Source: Deltaproteobacteria bacterium CG11_big_fil_rev_8_21_14_0_20_42_23 (lineage in GTDB: Bacteria; UBA10199; 2-02-FULL-44-16). From it: 64,000 bases of DNA. Where the stretch lies: NCBI GenBank assembly GCA_002796345.1, contig PCXC01000037.1, forward strand, positions 58,276 through 122,275, written 5' to 3'. The translations under genes and the position numbers were made by a program. Below are positions 30,142 through 39,605 of the stretch, piece after piece. The notes beneath the pieces were generated by a model. That model searched no databases and was not told the DNA's origin. It saw only the letters and a list, made by a program, of their open reading frames with translations. Position 1 is the first letter of the stretch, and the number at the start of each line of letters is the position of its first letter.

Positions 30142-30976
30142 CCTTACCAAGCCTCGCATCAGCATGCTGTTTGCCTTTAGTGGCGCAACTGCGCTTGTGC
30201 TGGAAGGAAGTGTAAAGGCAAGCTCGCTTCGCTTTTGGCTGATCACCTTTGCCATCTTCGCTGTTGGCGGAGCGGCAAATGCGCTTAACCAATACTTCGA
30301 ACGCGACATCGATAAAAAAATGAAACGCACGGCCGAAAAACGCGCACTTCCTTCCGGAAGACTTTCGCCACGTGCTGCGTTGATCTTTGCTCTTGTGTTG
30401 GGAATACTCGGCAACGTACTTTTGCTCGCAACAGGAAACCTGCTTGCCATGGGCCTTGGCGTGGCCACCATTGCTTACTACAGTTTTTACTACACGCTTT
30501 GGTTGAAGCCGCGCACACCTTACAATATTGTGATTGGCGGAGCTGCAGGTGCAACCGGTCCCCTCATTGCTTGGGCTGCGGTTGCGGGCAACATTAGCTG
30601 GCTCGCTCTCTTCATGTTTCTCATCATCTTTTTTTGGACGCCGCCACACTTTTGGGCCTTGGCACTTTGCTGCAAGCAAGATTACGCAAATGCGGGCTAT
30701 CCTATGCTGCCCAATGTTGCTGGAGACGAAGTGACAAAGAAAAATATTTTTTTCTACTCTCTCGCACTTTTGCCCATTGCGGTTGCTCCAAGTTTCTTTG
30801 GCTTGCATAAATTCTATGCCATCACCTCTAGCCTTTTGAGCTTGGCATTTCTCTACCTGGCCTTCCGCATCTCAAAAACCCAAGACCTCAAAGAAGCCTG
30901 GAAACTCTTCGGCTATTCCATTTTGTATCTCTTCCTCATTTTGCTGATGATGATTATTGATGTTGCTGTTTCGTAA
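30113..30976 (+). CDS. ctaB: protohaem IX farnesyltransferase (haem O synthase, UbiA family)
   Basis: DYLSLTKPRI N-terminal motif, UbiA-type Asp-rich motif region (NQYFERDIDKKMKRT). Confidence 0.9.
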   Translation: MNSRASDYLSLTKPRISMLFAFSGATALVLEGSVKASSLRFWLITFAIFAVGGAANALNQYFERDIDKKMKRTAEKRALPSGRLSPRAALIFALVLGILGNVLLLATGNLLAMGLGVATIAYYSFYYTLWLKPRTPYNIVIGGAAGATGPLIAWAAVAGNISWLALFMFLIIFFWTPPHFWALALCCKQDYANAGYPMLPNVAGDEVTKKNIFFYSLALLPIAVAPSFFGLHKFYAITSSLLSLAFLYLAFRISKTQDLKEAWKLFGYSILYLFLILLMMIIDVAVS

Positions 30977-31070
30977 ATGGTACGATGGAACAATAGAGCG
31001 ATCGTACAATAGGTGGGAATGACGCACTACGTCTTGCTTCACGGCCAAGTCCTCACTATAGCGCGGCATT

Positions 31071-31955
31071 ATGCCCGTAAGTATTTCTTCACTTTTATCT
31101 CCTTTTTTTGATCCCAACCTCACCTATTATGAAGGTGCGGATGGCATCGCACCTCCAGAAAAAAGAGAGCTCGATGAAAACCAAAGGGGAAGTTCTCTCA
31201 TTTCAACAGGATCAAGCTTATCAGCACCTCCTGTTCGCGAACTCAGTGCAAATATTGTGCTTCAACACATGAACTCCCAGAAAGTTGCGCGCGGAGAAGC
31301 TCTGCTGCCAGCACACATCAAACTCACTGACATTGAAGAAAACTCTGCAGTTTCGGTAGCCTGGGGAAATGCATCCAGACTTCCGGGCAATGGCCAGGTG
31401 TGCCACATGAAAGGGAGAGCGCTTCTGTTCACGAAGAAACAAATCTCTCTCGAAAAAATAAAAGAAATTTTACTCACACCTTCTTTGCATCCTGAAATTT
31501 TTTCTGGTGTGACCGATTCCAAAAATCTTTCTGTAGAAGAAAATTCAAACGCAGTTTTTCCTCTCGAGATCTTCAATCTTCAGGCCGCAGAAGATATGCA
31601 ACTACTTACACGCATCAGAGCAAAACGTTTTCCTCATGGCATTGTCGTCTTAAGAGATTTAGCTTCAGAGGATGAACAAAAATTCAATTCAGCGCAATTC
31701 TATGACAGAAGCGAGTTTCGTGACGATCAGGTGAAAGTCTTTACCGGTCAGTTTCAAGTTTTAGAAATCCATAACGGCACGGTTATTATCATGGACATTG
31801 ATCTCATTGCCGATGACATTCCAAACATTGTCAGCTGCGAAACAGCCGCGGATCCTGGCGGTTTTCTTTCTACCCTCACCGGCGGAAAAGACATCAAGCA
31901 CCAACTTGAAGCACACGCGCAACATATTTTTGAATTTGCAACGAAGGTGAAATAA
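31071..31955 (+). CDS. hypothetical protein (no recognisable domain, no signal peptide)
   Basis: 294-aa ORF in otherwise non-coding space between ctaB and repeat R4. Start uncertain. Confidence 0.4.
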   Translation: MPVSISSLLSPFFDPNLTYYEGADGIAPPEKRELDENQRGSSLISTGSSLSAPPVRELSANIVLQHMNSQKVARGEALLPAHIKLTDIEENSAVSVAWGNASRLPGNGQVCHMKGRALLFTKKQISLEKIKEILLTPSLHPEIFSGVTDSKNLSVEENSNAVFPLEIFNLQAAEDMQLLTRIRAKRFPHGIVVLRDLASEDEQKFNSAQFYDRSEFRDDQVKVFTGQFQVLEIHNGTVIIMDIDLIADDIPNIVSCETAADPGGFLSTLTGGKDIKHQLEAHAQHIFEFATKVK

Positions 31956-31962
31956 TTTTGTT

Positions 31963-32172
31963 TTTTGTCATCCTTCCGCCTAAGGTGAAGGGATCTAGGA
32001 ATTAAAACACTTTGCTGTCATCCTGAGTGTAACGAAGGATCTCCTCATACAATTTGGGTATTTGACCATAGCAAAATCAGAATTGCCCGAGGAGATCCTT
32101 CTCTTCGTTCAGGATGACACAGAATTGTGGATCTCCGCGTTCCTGCCAAAGGCAGGCAAGCGCGAGGATACA
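31963..32172. repeat. nested palindromic repeat element R4
   Basis: gtcatccttccgcctaaggtgaagggatctaggaattaaaacac tttgctgtcatcctgagtgtaacgaaggatctcctc...gaggagatccttctcttcgttcaggatgaca...cctgccaaaggcaggcaagcgcgaggat. Confidence 0.7.
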
Positions 32173-32231
32173 GCGACCTCCTCTCCCTTTTTCATTTGAG
32201 TTCTTCTTTTTGATGATCTACTTCCTTTCGG

Positions 32232-33779
32232 ATGGAAAATCTTAAACGCGTTCATTGGAAATCAAAACTTGGTTTTTTGCTTGCTGCTATTGGCTCTGCT
32301 GTGGGCCTTGGAAATATTTGGCGTTTTCCTTATGTGGCCTACAAAAATGGCGGCGGCGCGTTTCTCATTCCCTACCTCATTGCCCTCTTACTCGTGGGCA
32401 TTCCATTGTTGGTTTTAGAACATGGCTTGGGCCAGCTGAAAAAAGGTTCTGCACCCTTGGCATTCGGAAAAATCCGCAGAGGCTGGGAATACTTGGGCTG
32501 GTGGGTTTCTGTGTTTATTTGTTTTGGCTTGATGTTGTACTACAGCGCAGTGCTTTCGTGGTGCGTACATTATTTTGGGTTTTCTTTTTCTGGTGCGTGG
32601 GGAGAAAACACGCAAGCGTTTTTCTTTCAAGATTTTTTACAGCTGAGCGAATCACCTTTTGATATCGGCAGCATCAATTGGAGCATCTTTGCTGGCATTG
32701 CCGTAGTATGGTTTGTAAACTGGCTTGTCATTTCACGCGGCATTCGCAAAGGCATTGAGATTGCGAATAAAATTGGCATGCCTTTGCTGTTTGCAACATT
32801 GCTGCTTTTGCTGGTGTGGTCACTTCTTCTGCCTGGAGCTTCAACGGGAGTTGCGGCGCTGGTTGTGCCAAATCTTTCAAAGCTGCTCAGCCCAAGTGTT
32901 TGGCACGATGCCTTTGGCCAAATCTTTTTCACGCTCTCCTTAGGTTCGGGAGTAATGATTGTATTTGCCAGCTATCTTCCCGACAGAAAAAACCTCACCG
33001 GAAATGCCATAAAGACAGCGGCCGCAAATTCAACGGTAGAGCTCATTGCCGGCTTTGCGGTGTTCGCCATCATTGGTTACATCGCCACAAATGCGGGAAA
33101 GCCAATTGACCAAGCCGTGCAAAGTGGCCCTGGCCTTGCGTTTGTGGTCTATCCACAAGCTATTTCCCATCTTCCTTTTGGCAATGTTCCTTTTGGCAAT
33201 GTTCTTTTTGGCGCGCTTTTCTTTTTCACCTTGCTTTTGGCTGGTCTCACTTCATCCATTTCCATTATTGAAACGTTTATTTCTGCTGCCATCGACAAGT
33301 TCAACTGGAAACGCAAACCACTTGTGACTGTTGTGTGCCTTGTTGGCTTTGCGGGCAGCGCCATCTTTGCCACCAACGCCGGACTCTACTGGCTCGACAT
33401 CATCGATCACATGCTCACCAACATGGGCCTTTTGCTGGTAGGATTTTTTGAAATCATTTTGGTAGCGTGGATCTTTGGAGCAAAGCGTTTTATCGCGCTC
33501 ATCGACAGAGAATCAAACCTCAAACTGGGAAAATTTTGGATTGTTACCGCGAAGTACATCACACCACTTGTGCTCATCGCGCTTTTTGTCATAAGCGCAA
33601 GGCAAGACTTCATCACGCCTTACGGCGGCTATCCATGGGAAGCTATTATCGTCATTGGTTTTGGTTGGCTCGCTGCAACGTTAATTGTGGCAAAAGCCTT
33701 CAGCGAAGCAAAATGGAAAACCGATCACCTGGAACAAGAAGACACTTCCGAGGCATTGATTGTGGAAGTGATGGAATGA
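32232..33779 (+). CDS. sodium-dependent transporter, neurotransmitter:sodium symporter (NSS/SNF) family
   Basis: N-terminal signature AAIGSAVGLGNIWRFPY. 12 TM helices. Confidence 0.85.
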   Translation: MENLKRVHWKSKLGFLLAAIGSAVGLGNIWRFPYVAYKNGGGAFLIPYLIALLLVGIPLLVLEHGLGQLKKGSAPLAFGKIRRGWEYLGWWVSVFICFGLMLYYSAVLSWCVHYFGFSFSGAWGENTQAFFFQDFLQLSESPFDIGSINWSIFAGIAVVWFVNWLVISRGIRKGIEIANKIGMPLLFATLLLLLVWSLLLPGASTGVAALVVPNLSKLLSPSVWHDAFGQIFFTLSLGSGVMIVFASYLPDRKNLTGNAIKTAAANSTVELIAGFAVFAIIGYIATNAGKPIDQAVQSGPGLAFVVYPQAISHLPFGNVPFGNVLFGALFFFTLLLAGLTSSISIIETFISAAIDKFNWKRKPLVTVVCLVGFAGSAIFATNAGLYWLDIIDHMLTNMGLLLVGFFEIILVAWIFGAKRFIALIDRESNLKLGKFWIVTAKYITPLVLIALFVISARQDFITPYGGYPWEAIIVIGFGWLAATLIVAKAFSEAKWKTDHLEQEDTSEALIVEVME

Positions 33780-33785
33780 AGCAAG

Positions 33786-35018
33786 TTAATACACCTGCAC
33801 TTCCACTTCGGTCACGACGCGTTCGGTGGCTTTGAGGATGGTGATTTTGAGTTTTTTGTGGTTGAGCACTTCGCCTTTTTGTGGAATGTGGCCTGCAAGA
33901 TGCACAATGAAACCAGCTATTGTTTCGTAATCACCTTCCGGAATGCTGAGGTGTAATTTTTCGTTGGCCTCTTCTATTTCCATACGACCATTGATCACAA
34001 ATCGCTTTGCCCCAAGACGTCTATACAGTGTCAGTACTTCGTCGTGCTCATCTCCAATTTCGCCCACCACTTCTTCCAGCAAATCTTCTACTGTTACTAT
34101 TCCGGTGGCAGCGCCATATTCATCAACAACAATAGCTAAGGGTTCACCACGTTTTTTCATGGTGAACAAAAGTTCATCCAGCGGCATTTCTTCAGGAACG
34201 TAATATGGTTTTCGTGCAAGATCAGTAAGCCCTTTTTTCTCTTCATCAAATAAGAGATCAATGCTCCACAGCACTCCAACCATGTTAAAAATTTGATCAT
34301 CATACAGAGGAATGCGGGAAAATTCGTGTTCTTCAATAAGTGCAGCTGCTTCTTTTCGGCTGGCATCTTGCGGAACTGCAATTACATCAACAAGTGGTGT
34401 CATAATGTTTTCCACTTTTTTATCAGCAAGCTCAAAGATACGGCTGACAAGGGTTACCTCGGAGGGCTTCACATCACTTTTTTCCACTTCACCATGTTCC
34501 ATTAACATTTCAAGTTCTTCGCGAGAAAAATCTGAACCTTGCTTGTGAATATTTTTTTTGATTCTCTTTATCAGCAAATCGGTGAACTGAGACAAAATCC
34601 ACACAAGCGGAAAGAAAAGAATTTGGAAAAAGAAAAGAGCAGGCGCAATAACCATCACCACTTTGTTGGCATAAAACTGATACAAACTTTTGGGAACAAG
34701 TTCACCCACAATAAGCGTGATGGGCCAAAACAAAAGAGCAAATGTTGCATATCCTTCACCATAATGTTCAAAAATATACAGCGTCGTTACCACCGAACCC
34801 GTAACCGTACAGATGTTGGTGCCAAGCAAGGTGGTGGAAAAAAAGTGCGACGGCCTTTCCATCAAGTGAAGCGCAAGCTTTGCAAGACGAGAGCCTTTAT
34901 TGGCAAGCATTTTTATTTTGTACTTGTCTGCAGCAACAACCGCCATTTCACTTCCTGAAAAAAAACCTTCAAAAAGCACACAAAGCGTTAATGTAATTGT
35001 AAGATAGAGTGCCGACAT
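33786..35018 (-). CDS. HlyC/CorC-family protein: DUF21 (CNNM) membrane domain + CBS pair + CorC_HlyC C-terminal domain
   Basis: 410 aa with the typical TlyC/CorC architecture. C-terminal ...[28 protein letters not shown]. Confidence 0.8.
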   Translation of the reverse strand: MSALYLTITLTLCVLFEGFFSGSEMAVVAADKYKIKMLANKGSRLAKLALHLMERPSHFFSTTLLGTNICTVTGSVVTTLYIFEHYGEGYATFALLFWPITLIVGELVPKSLYQFYANKVVMVIAPALFFFQILFFPLVWILSQFTDLLIKRIKKNIHKQGSDFSREELEMLMEHGEVEKSDVKPSEVTLVSRIFELADKKVENIMTPLVDVIAVPQDASRKEAAALIEEHEFSRIPLYDDQIFNMVGVLWSIDLLFDEEKKGLTDLARKPYYVPEEMPLDELLFTMKKRGEPLAIVVDEYGAATGIVTVEDLLEEVVGEIGDEHDEVLTLYRRLGAKRFVINGRMEIEEANEKLHLSIPEGDYETIAGFIVHLAGHIPQKGEVLNHKKLKITILKATERVVTEVEVQVY

Positions 35019-35154
35019 ATTTTTCTTTCGTCAATTGCTTTTGATGAGTAGAAAATTTTCTCCCCTCTTAGGTTAAGAGGGGCTGGGGGAGTTAGCGCCT
35101 TACGGTAAAAAACAATAACCCCACCTAACCTCCCCTTAATTTAAGGGGAGGAAT

Positions 35155-36150
35155 TTACTCATCCTCAATCTCCCCAAACAAACGTTCCAAGACGTCGTGC
35201 AGAGTTGCAAGCCCTACAAGGCTTTGCTGTTTATTCAGCACCAACGCCATGTGCATTCTGTCTTGCTGAATTCGTTTCAAGAGGTCTTCAACTTTTTCGT
35301 TGCTTCGAACAAAAAGCGGAGTATGCAAAATGGACTTCAAGCTCACATTTGAATTTTCTTTTCGTTTTCGATGAAAGGAAAACAAATCTCTCACATGCAA
35401 AATCCCAATAATGTTCGTCTGCTCACCTTCATAAATGGGAATGCGTCGGTATTCGGTTGCTCGAATTTCTTCCAGCATTATTTTGTATTCCATATCAAGT
35501 GGAAGCATAAAAATTTGATCGCGCGGAGTTATAATGTTTTTCACTAATTCATCTGTGAATTCGAAAACATTGTGAATAATTTCTCGTTCTTCTTCCTCTA
35601 GCAATCCTTCATCGCGTCCCAAATCGATAAGCGATCTAAATTCTTCTTCCTTCACCATCGCGGCAGAAGCATTTGGATCTCCACCAAAACATTTGATAAA
35701 CGTATCCGCAATACTGGTCAGCACTATTCTGAACGGTGTCACACAATAATGAAACACTCTAAGAGGAATCACCATAATAGGAGCAATGGTATCTGATAAT
35801 CGTAGTGCAATATTTTTTGGAATGACTTCGCCCAAAAGTAAAAGAATCGGCGTGATAATAAGAATAGAAAGAAGCGTTCCTGTTTTTGCACTAGACGGAA
35901 AAAAATGAGAAATGAGCGTTGCTCCTACAATAGAAATGGAAACATTCATCAGCTCATTGCCCAAAAGAATTGTGGCCAAAAAATGTCTTGGCTCATCTAA
36001 GTATTCGCCAACTTTTTTGATCACCCAAATTTTTGATTCTTGAAATTTTTTAATTTGTACGCGGCTTAAAGAAAAAATAGCTGTCTCAGACGCAGAAAAA
36101 AATGCCGAGAGCAAAAGAAGAAGGACAAAGAGGAAAATGAGTGTTGTCAT
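35155..36150 (-). CDS. DUF21 (CNNM)-CBS domain membrane protein (CorC-like, no obvious C-terminal CorC domain)
   Basis: 331 aa. N-terminal four TM helices with ASETAIFSLSR (DUF21) and a CBS pair. Confidence 0.7.
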   Translation of the reverse strand: MTTLIFLFVLLLLLSAFFSASETAIFSLSRVQIKKFQESKIWVIKKVGEYLDEPRHFLATILLGNELMNVSISIVGATLISHFFPSSAKTGTLLSILIITPILLLLGEVIPKNIALRLSDTIAPIMVIPLRVFHYCVTPFRIVLTSIADTFIKCFGGDPNASAAMVKEEEFRSLIDLGRDEGLLEEEEREIIHNVFEFTDELVKNIITPRDQIFMLPLDMEYKIMLEEIRATEYRRIPIYEGEQTNIIGILHVRDLFSFHRKRKENSNVSLKSILHTPLFVRSNEKVEDLLKRIQQDRMHMALVLNKQQSLVGLATLHDVLERLFGEIEDE

Positions 36151-36153
36151 AGC

Positions 36154-37869
36154 TTAGGGCGCCGCCTGAATTTCACCATCTAAAACCGTGAGCATTCTCA
36201 TGGTACGAACAGAATCGTGTTGATCTGTTATGTCAATCACACCAGTTACTCCCGGAAAATTTTTAAGCTCTCTCAAACTTTTTGCAATTTCTTGTCTGCT
36301 GGGTGAACCACTTTTCTCTGTTGCCACCATCACCATTCGAAGAGAATCATACCCAAGCGCTTCAAGCAAAGTGGGAGAAAACTTGTAGGATTCGGTAAAA
36401 CGATCGATGAATTCTTTTGAACTCACATCTGGAAGATTGGGAGAAAACGCCGAAGTAAACAACGCACCTTCTACATATTTTCCACCGCGTTCGATGAGTT
36501 TTTGGTTATCCCAACGCGCCGTTCCCAAAAGCTGCACTTTTTTCACTCCCAGCATCGACAGAACTGGCGCTAGATAGGAGGCGACGTAAGGAGAATCTGG
36601 AATAAACAGAGCATCATAATCTAAAGTCAATTTCGAATGCAGCCTCACTTTTTTTCCACGTTTTTTCTCGCGCTGCGCATGCTGCAATTTGCGCACAAAA
36701 CCCATTTGGTCTGACGCATATTCTTGAACGCCTACTACAACACCACCCGCTTCAGTAGCTCGCGTGCGGAAAAGTTCGGCATAAGTTTTTCCAATAGAGG
36801 TTTGCGGATGCAAAATTAAAAAGCGCTTCAAGTTTCGCTTATGAAGCGCAAAGTCAATAATGGTCTTCACTTGCGACTCTGGCGTAATGCTGTTGCGAAA
36901 AACATAGTCCAAATTATTTACCACACCATCTAATTGAGAAAGCATAATCATGGGAAGATGATGATGCTCGGCTCGCTTCGCTGCTGCTGTAACCGCATTG
37001 GTGCTAAGCGGCCCAACGATCACTTGCACTCCAGCTTTTTGCAGCTCGTCTACTGCGGCAACAGCCTTTTCTGGATTCGCTTCTGAATCACGCACAAGAA
37101 GTTTTGTACCCTTCAAACTCTTGCAGGGCTTGTAAATGCCGGCAGCACACTCCACACCTTTTAACACAGCGTCACCATAAATTTTGTATTTTCCGGACAA
37201 CGGTAAAATAACTCCAACCGTAAGTGTAATATCTTTGAAGTCTTCGTTTACTTCCTGAAGCCAGAGTAAAGCTTGCGGAGTAAGTTCACTTTTTGGATAG
37301 GAACTTACGAAATCTTTTAGCAATGGCTTTGTTTTTTCTCTGTCTTCGGATCTAAATTTTTGGATTTCTTTAAACGAAAGATAGGCTTTGGATTCGTTTC
37401 CACCTTCTGTATTTTTACGAAGCCATTCCAAGTCTGCATCTGTTACCACAGCAGATGCAACCCAGGCTGAAAGCCTAGTCTTTGCTGCATCCTGTGACAC
37501 TTGAAGAGAAAAGTTTTGAACATCTCGTGGATCAAAAAAGAGATAATCATCCACCAAATGAAGCGCAGCCAACACTTGCTCTTTTTCCAAACCATCTTGA
37601 TTTGTACAGTGATAAACAAGTGAATCAAATTGAACTAAATACTTTGGAGCGTATTGATCGCGCTGCAGTTTTTTCGTGGAAGCAAGAAGTGCTGCACAGT
37701 TTTCTTGTTGGTACATATCAAGAAAACGCTTGGCTGTTGCGGAAGCTTGGGCGTCTGGAATTTTGACTTGTTCAGGAGTTTTTGCTTGTTCTTGAGGAAG
37801 AACAACTGGTTGTTTTGCACACGCAGGCATGAACACCAATAAAAACAGAAGCAAAAATAAATTCCTCAA
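36154..37869 (-). CDS. LpoA-like lipoprotein: helical N-terminal region + type-1 periplasmic-binding-protein fold
   Basis: Lipoprotein-type signal (LLVFMPAC). C-terminal half resembles Leu/Ile/Val-binding / LppC domains (LTVGVILPLSGKYKIYGDAVLKG...VIVGPLSTNAVTAAA). Translationally coupled to grpE (stop/start adjacent). Confidence 0.45.
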   Translation of the reverse strand: MRNLFLLLFLLVFMPACAKQPVVLPQEQAKTPEQVKIPDAQASATAKRFLDMYQQENCAALLASTKKLQRDQYAPKYLVQFDSLVYHCTNQDGLEKEQVLAALHLVDDYLFFDPRDVQNFSLQVSQDAAKTRLSAWVASAVVTDADLEWLRKNTEGGNESKAYLSFKEIQKFRSEDREKTKPLLKDFVSSYPKSELTPQALLWLQEVNEDFKDITLTVGVILPLSGKYKIYGDAVLKGVECAAGIYKPCKSLKGTKLLVRDSEANPEKAVAAVDELQKAGVQVIVGPLSTNAVTAAAKRAEHHHLPMIMLSQLDGVVNNLDYVFRNSITPESQVKTIIDFALHKRNLKRFLILHPQTSIGKTYAELFRTRATEAGGVVVGVQEYASDQMGFVRKLQHAQREKKRGKKVRLHSKLTLDYDALFIPDSPYVASYLAPVLSMLGVKKVQLLGTARWDNQKLIERGGKYVEGALFTSAFSPNLPDVSSKEFIDRFTESYKFSPTLLEALGYDSLRMVMVATEKSGSPSRQEIAKSLRELKNFPGVTGVIDITDQHDSVRTMRMLTVLDGEIQAAP

Positions 37870-38433
37870 CTATCCCCCCTTTTTAGAAACACTCACCATT
37901 GCTGGCCTTAACAATCTGTCGCCCAAAAAATAGCCTTTTCGATGCACAGCCACAACGGTATTGGGCTTGTGTTCATCCGACTCGATCATTGAAATGGCTT
38001 CGTGTTGATCTGGATCAAACAGCTTTTCTTCTGCATCAATTTCTTTCAGCTGAAATCGTTCTAAACTTTTCGAGAGCCCTTTTCGTATCATTTCCACACC
38101 TTGAGATAAAGACTTTACTTCTTCGGAACTGGATTCTGGAATATGATTAAGCACTCGGTCAAAATCGTCAAGCGTTGGCAGAAGCGCTTCCAAGAGCTTT
38201 TCGTTTGCGTAACGACTTTGCTCTTCTTGCTCTTTTGTCACTCGCTTTTTGAAATTTTCAAATTCGGCTAGAACGCGCAAAAGTTTTTCTTGATGTTTTT
38301 TTGCTTCGTCTTGAACTTTTTTGATTTCGGTATTCAAATCTTTTTCAATCTTTTTTTCATCTTGTTCCACAGTGTTTTGCTTTTTTGTGGCTTCATCGTT
38401 TTTTGCTTCAGTTTTTTCGTGACGGGCATTCAT
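37870..38433 (-). CDS. grpE: nucleotide exchange factor GrpE
   Basis: 187 aa. Coiled-coil N-terminus and GrpE core (LRVLAEFENFKKRVTKEQEE...VAVHRKGYFLGDRLLRPAMVSVSK). Confidence 0.9.
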   Translation of the reverse strand: MNARHEKTEAKNDEATKKQNTVEQDEKKIEKDLNTEIKKVQDEAKKHQEKLLRVLAEFENFKKRVTKEQEEQSRYANEKLLEALLPTLDDFDRVLNHIPESSSEEVKSLSQGVEMIRKGLSKSLERFQLKEIDAEEKLFDPDQHEAISMIESDEHKPNTVVAVHRKGYFLGDRLLRPAMVSVSKKGG

Positions 38434-38435
38434 AA

Positions 38436-39476
38436 TTACAACTCCTTCTGCTCAAGATAACGGCTCACAAGCTGCGATGTAAAATGTACAACAGAAACAA
38501 TGTGAGCATAATTCATACGCCTTGGGCCAATAACACCAAGCGCGCCTATAATTTTTCCATTTTTTGAATATGGAGCAGATACAACACTGGCATCAATTTG
38601 CTCTTGATGCTCATGATCTGATCCAACAAATATTTTTACCCCGTGTGCATCTTCGCAACGTTCTAACAAACTCAACATTTTTTCTTTTTCATTCAGTGAA
38701 CTTAAAAGTGCTTTTATTTTTTCAAATTCTCTAGCCTCTGCTTGTTGACACAAATTATCTGTTCCTTTGATATGAACTTCTTGATCTGGAATACTTTGAA
38801 ACAAAACATTCGAATACTGAAAACCTTTGAGCAAAAGCGCATCATATTCTTCGCGCTCACATTTTAATTCTCGAGCTATTTTTTCCTTCGCCTCTTGAAG
38901 CGTCAGCCCAATAAAAATGCGATTACAAAAATTATTTATTTTTTCTAATTGCCGAAAACTATACTGCTCTTGCACTTCGATGATGGCATTTTGCACCATA
39001 CCGCTTTGCGCCACAAAAATGCCCAGCAAGCGCGCATCAGTGAGTTGCAAAAATTCGATATGCTTAAAGCGAATATGGCTTAGGCTTGGCATCACCACCA
39101 AACCTGCAAACGACGAAAACTCTGAAAGAATGCTGGAACTCTGTTTCAACAGTTTTTCTTCGCTGCTGTTTTCTTGTGAAAACGTATTTTGAATGTTGGA
39201 TTTTTCGTGCTCGCTTAAATCAGCAACCGAAAGCAATGTCTGCACGTAATAGTTAAGCCCACTGCTGGTAGGCACACGTCCAGCTGAGGTATACGGCTGA
39301 GAAAGCAGACCCAATTCGGTAAGATCGGCCATCACATTTCTGATGGTAGCCGGGGAAAGGCTTGTGGGATGGCGTTTTGCGATGGCCCGAGAACCAACAG
39401 GACCAGCTGTGCTGATATAATCAGAGACCAAAATCTTGAGAATATCCTGGTACCGCTGGGGGAGTTCTTGCAACAT
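38436..39476 (-). CDS. hrcA: heat-inducible transcription repressor HrcA
   Basis: N-terminal winged-helix ILKILVSDYISTAGPVGSRAIAK. 346 aa. CIRCE element immediately upstream. Confidence 0.9.
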   Translation of the reverse strand: MLQELPQRYQDILKILVSDYISTAGPVGSRAIAKRHPTSLSPATIRNVMADLTELGLLSQPYTSAGRVPTSSGLNYYVQTLLSVADLSEHEKSNIQNTFSQENSSEEKLLKQSSSILSEFSSFAGLVVMPSLSHIRFKHIEFLQLTDARLLGIFVAQSGMVQNAIIEVQEQYSFRQLEKINNFCNRIFIGLTLQEAKEKIARELKCEREEYDALLLKGFQYSNVLFQSIPDQEVHIKGTDNLCQQAEAREFEKIKALLSSLNEKEKMLSLLERCEDAHGVKIFVGSDHEHQEQIDASVVSAPYSKNGKIIGALGVIGPRRMNYAHIVSVVHFTSQLVSRYLEQKEL

Positions 39477-39496
39477 AGTTTAACAATTTCAAGAGC

Positions 39497-39523
39497 TTAG
39501 CACTCTATTCCTTAGAGCGCTAA
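39497..39523 (-). promoter_or_regulatory. CIRCE operator (HrcA binding site) with candidate sigma-70 -35 TTGACA just upstream
   Basis: TTAGCACTC-tattcctta-GAGCGCTAA. This has 17/18 matches to consensus TTAGCACTC-N9-GAGTGCTAA. It lies 21-47 nt upstream of the hrcA ATG. TTGACA (- strand, 39547-39552) is 23 nt upstream of CIRCE. Confidence 0.8.
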
Positions 39524-39605
39524 GAACTACCAAGCAAGAGGGGGCTTGTCAATTGTTGAAAAAACAGGGGACGGTTCTGCCGCTTTGTGAGCTGCAAAAG
39601 TATTT

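Noticed and set aside
30107-30808. 233-aa - strand ORF
   Set aside because: Antisense to ctaB (haem O synthase), which has clear family motifs.
32255-33327. Several + strand alternative-frame ORFs and - strand ORFs overlapping the SNF transporter
   Set aside because: Frame-shifted or antisense overlaps of a gene with clear NSS signature; Cys/Arg-rich low-complexity translations.
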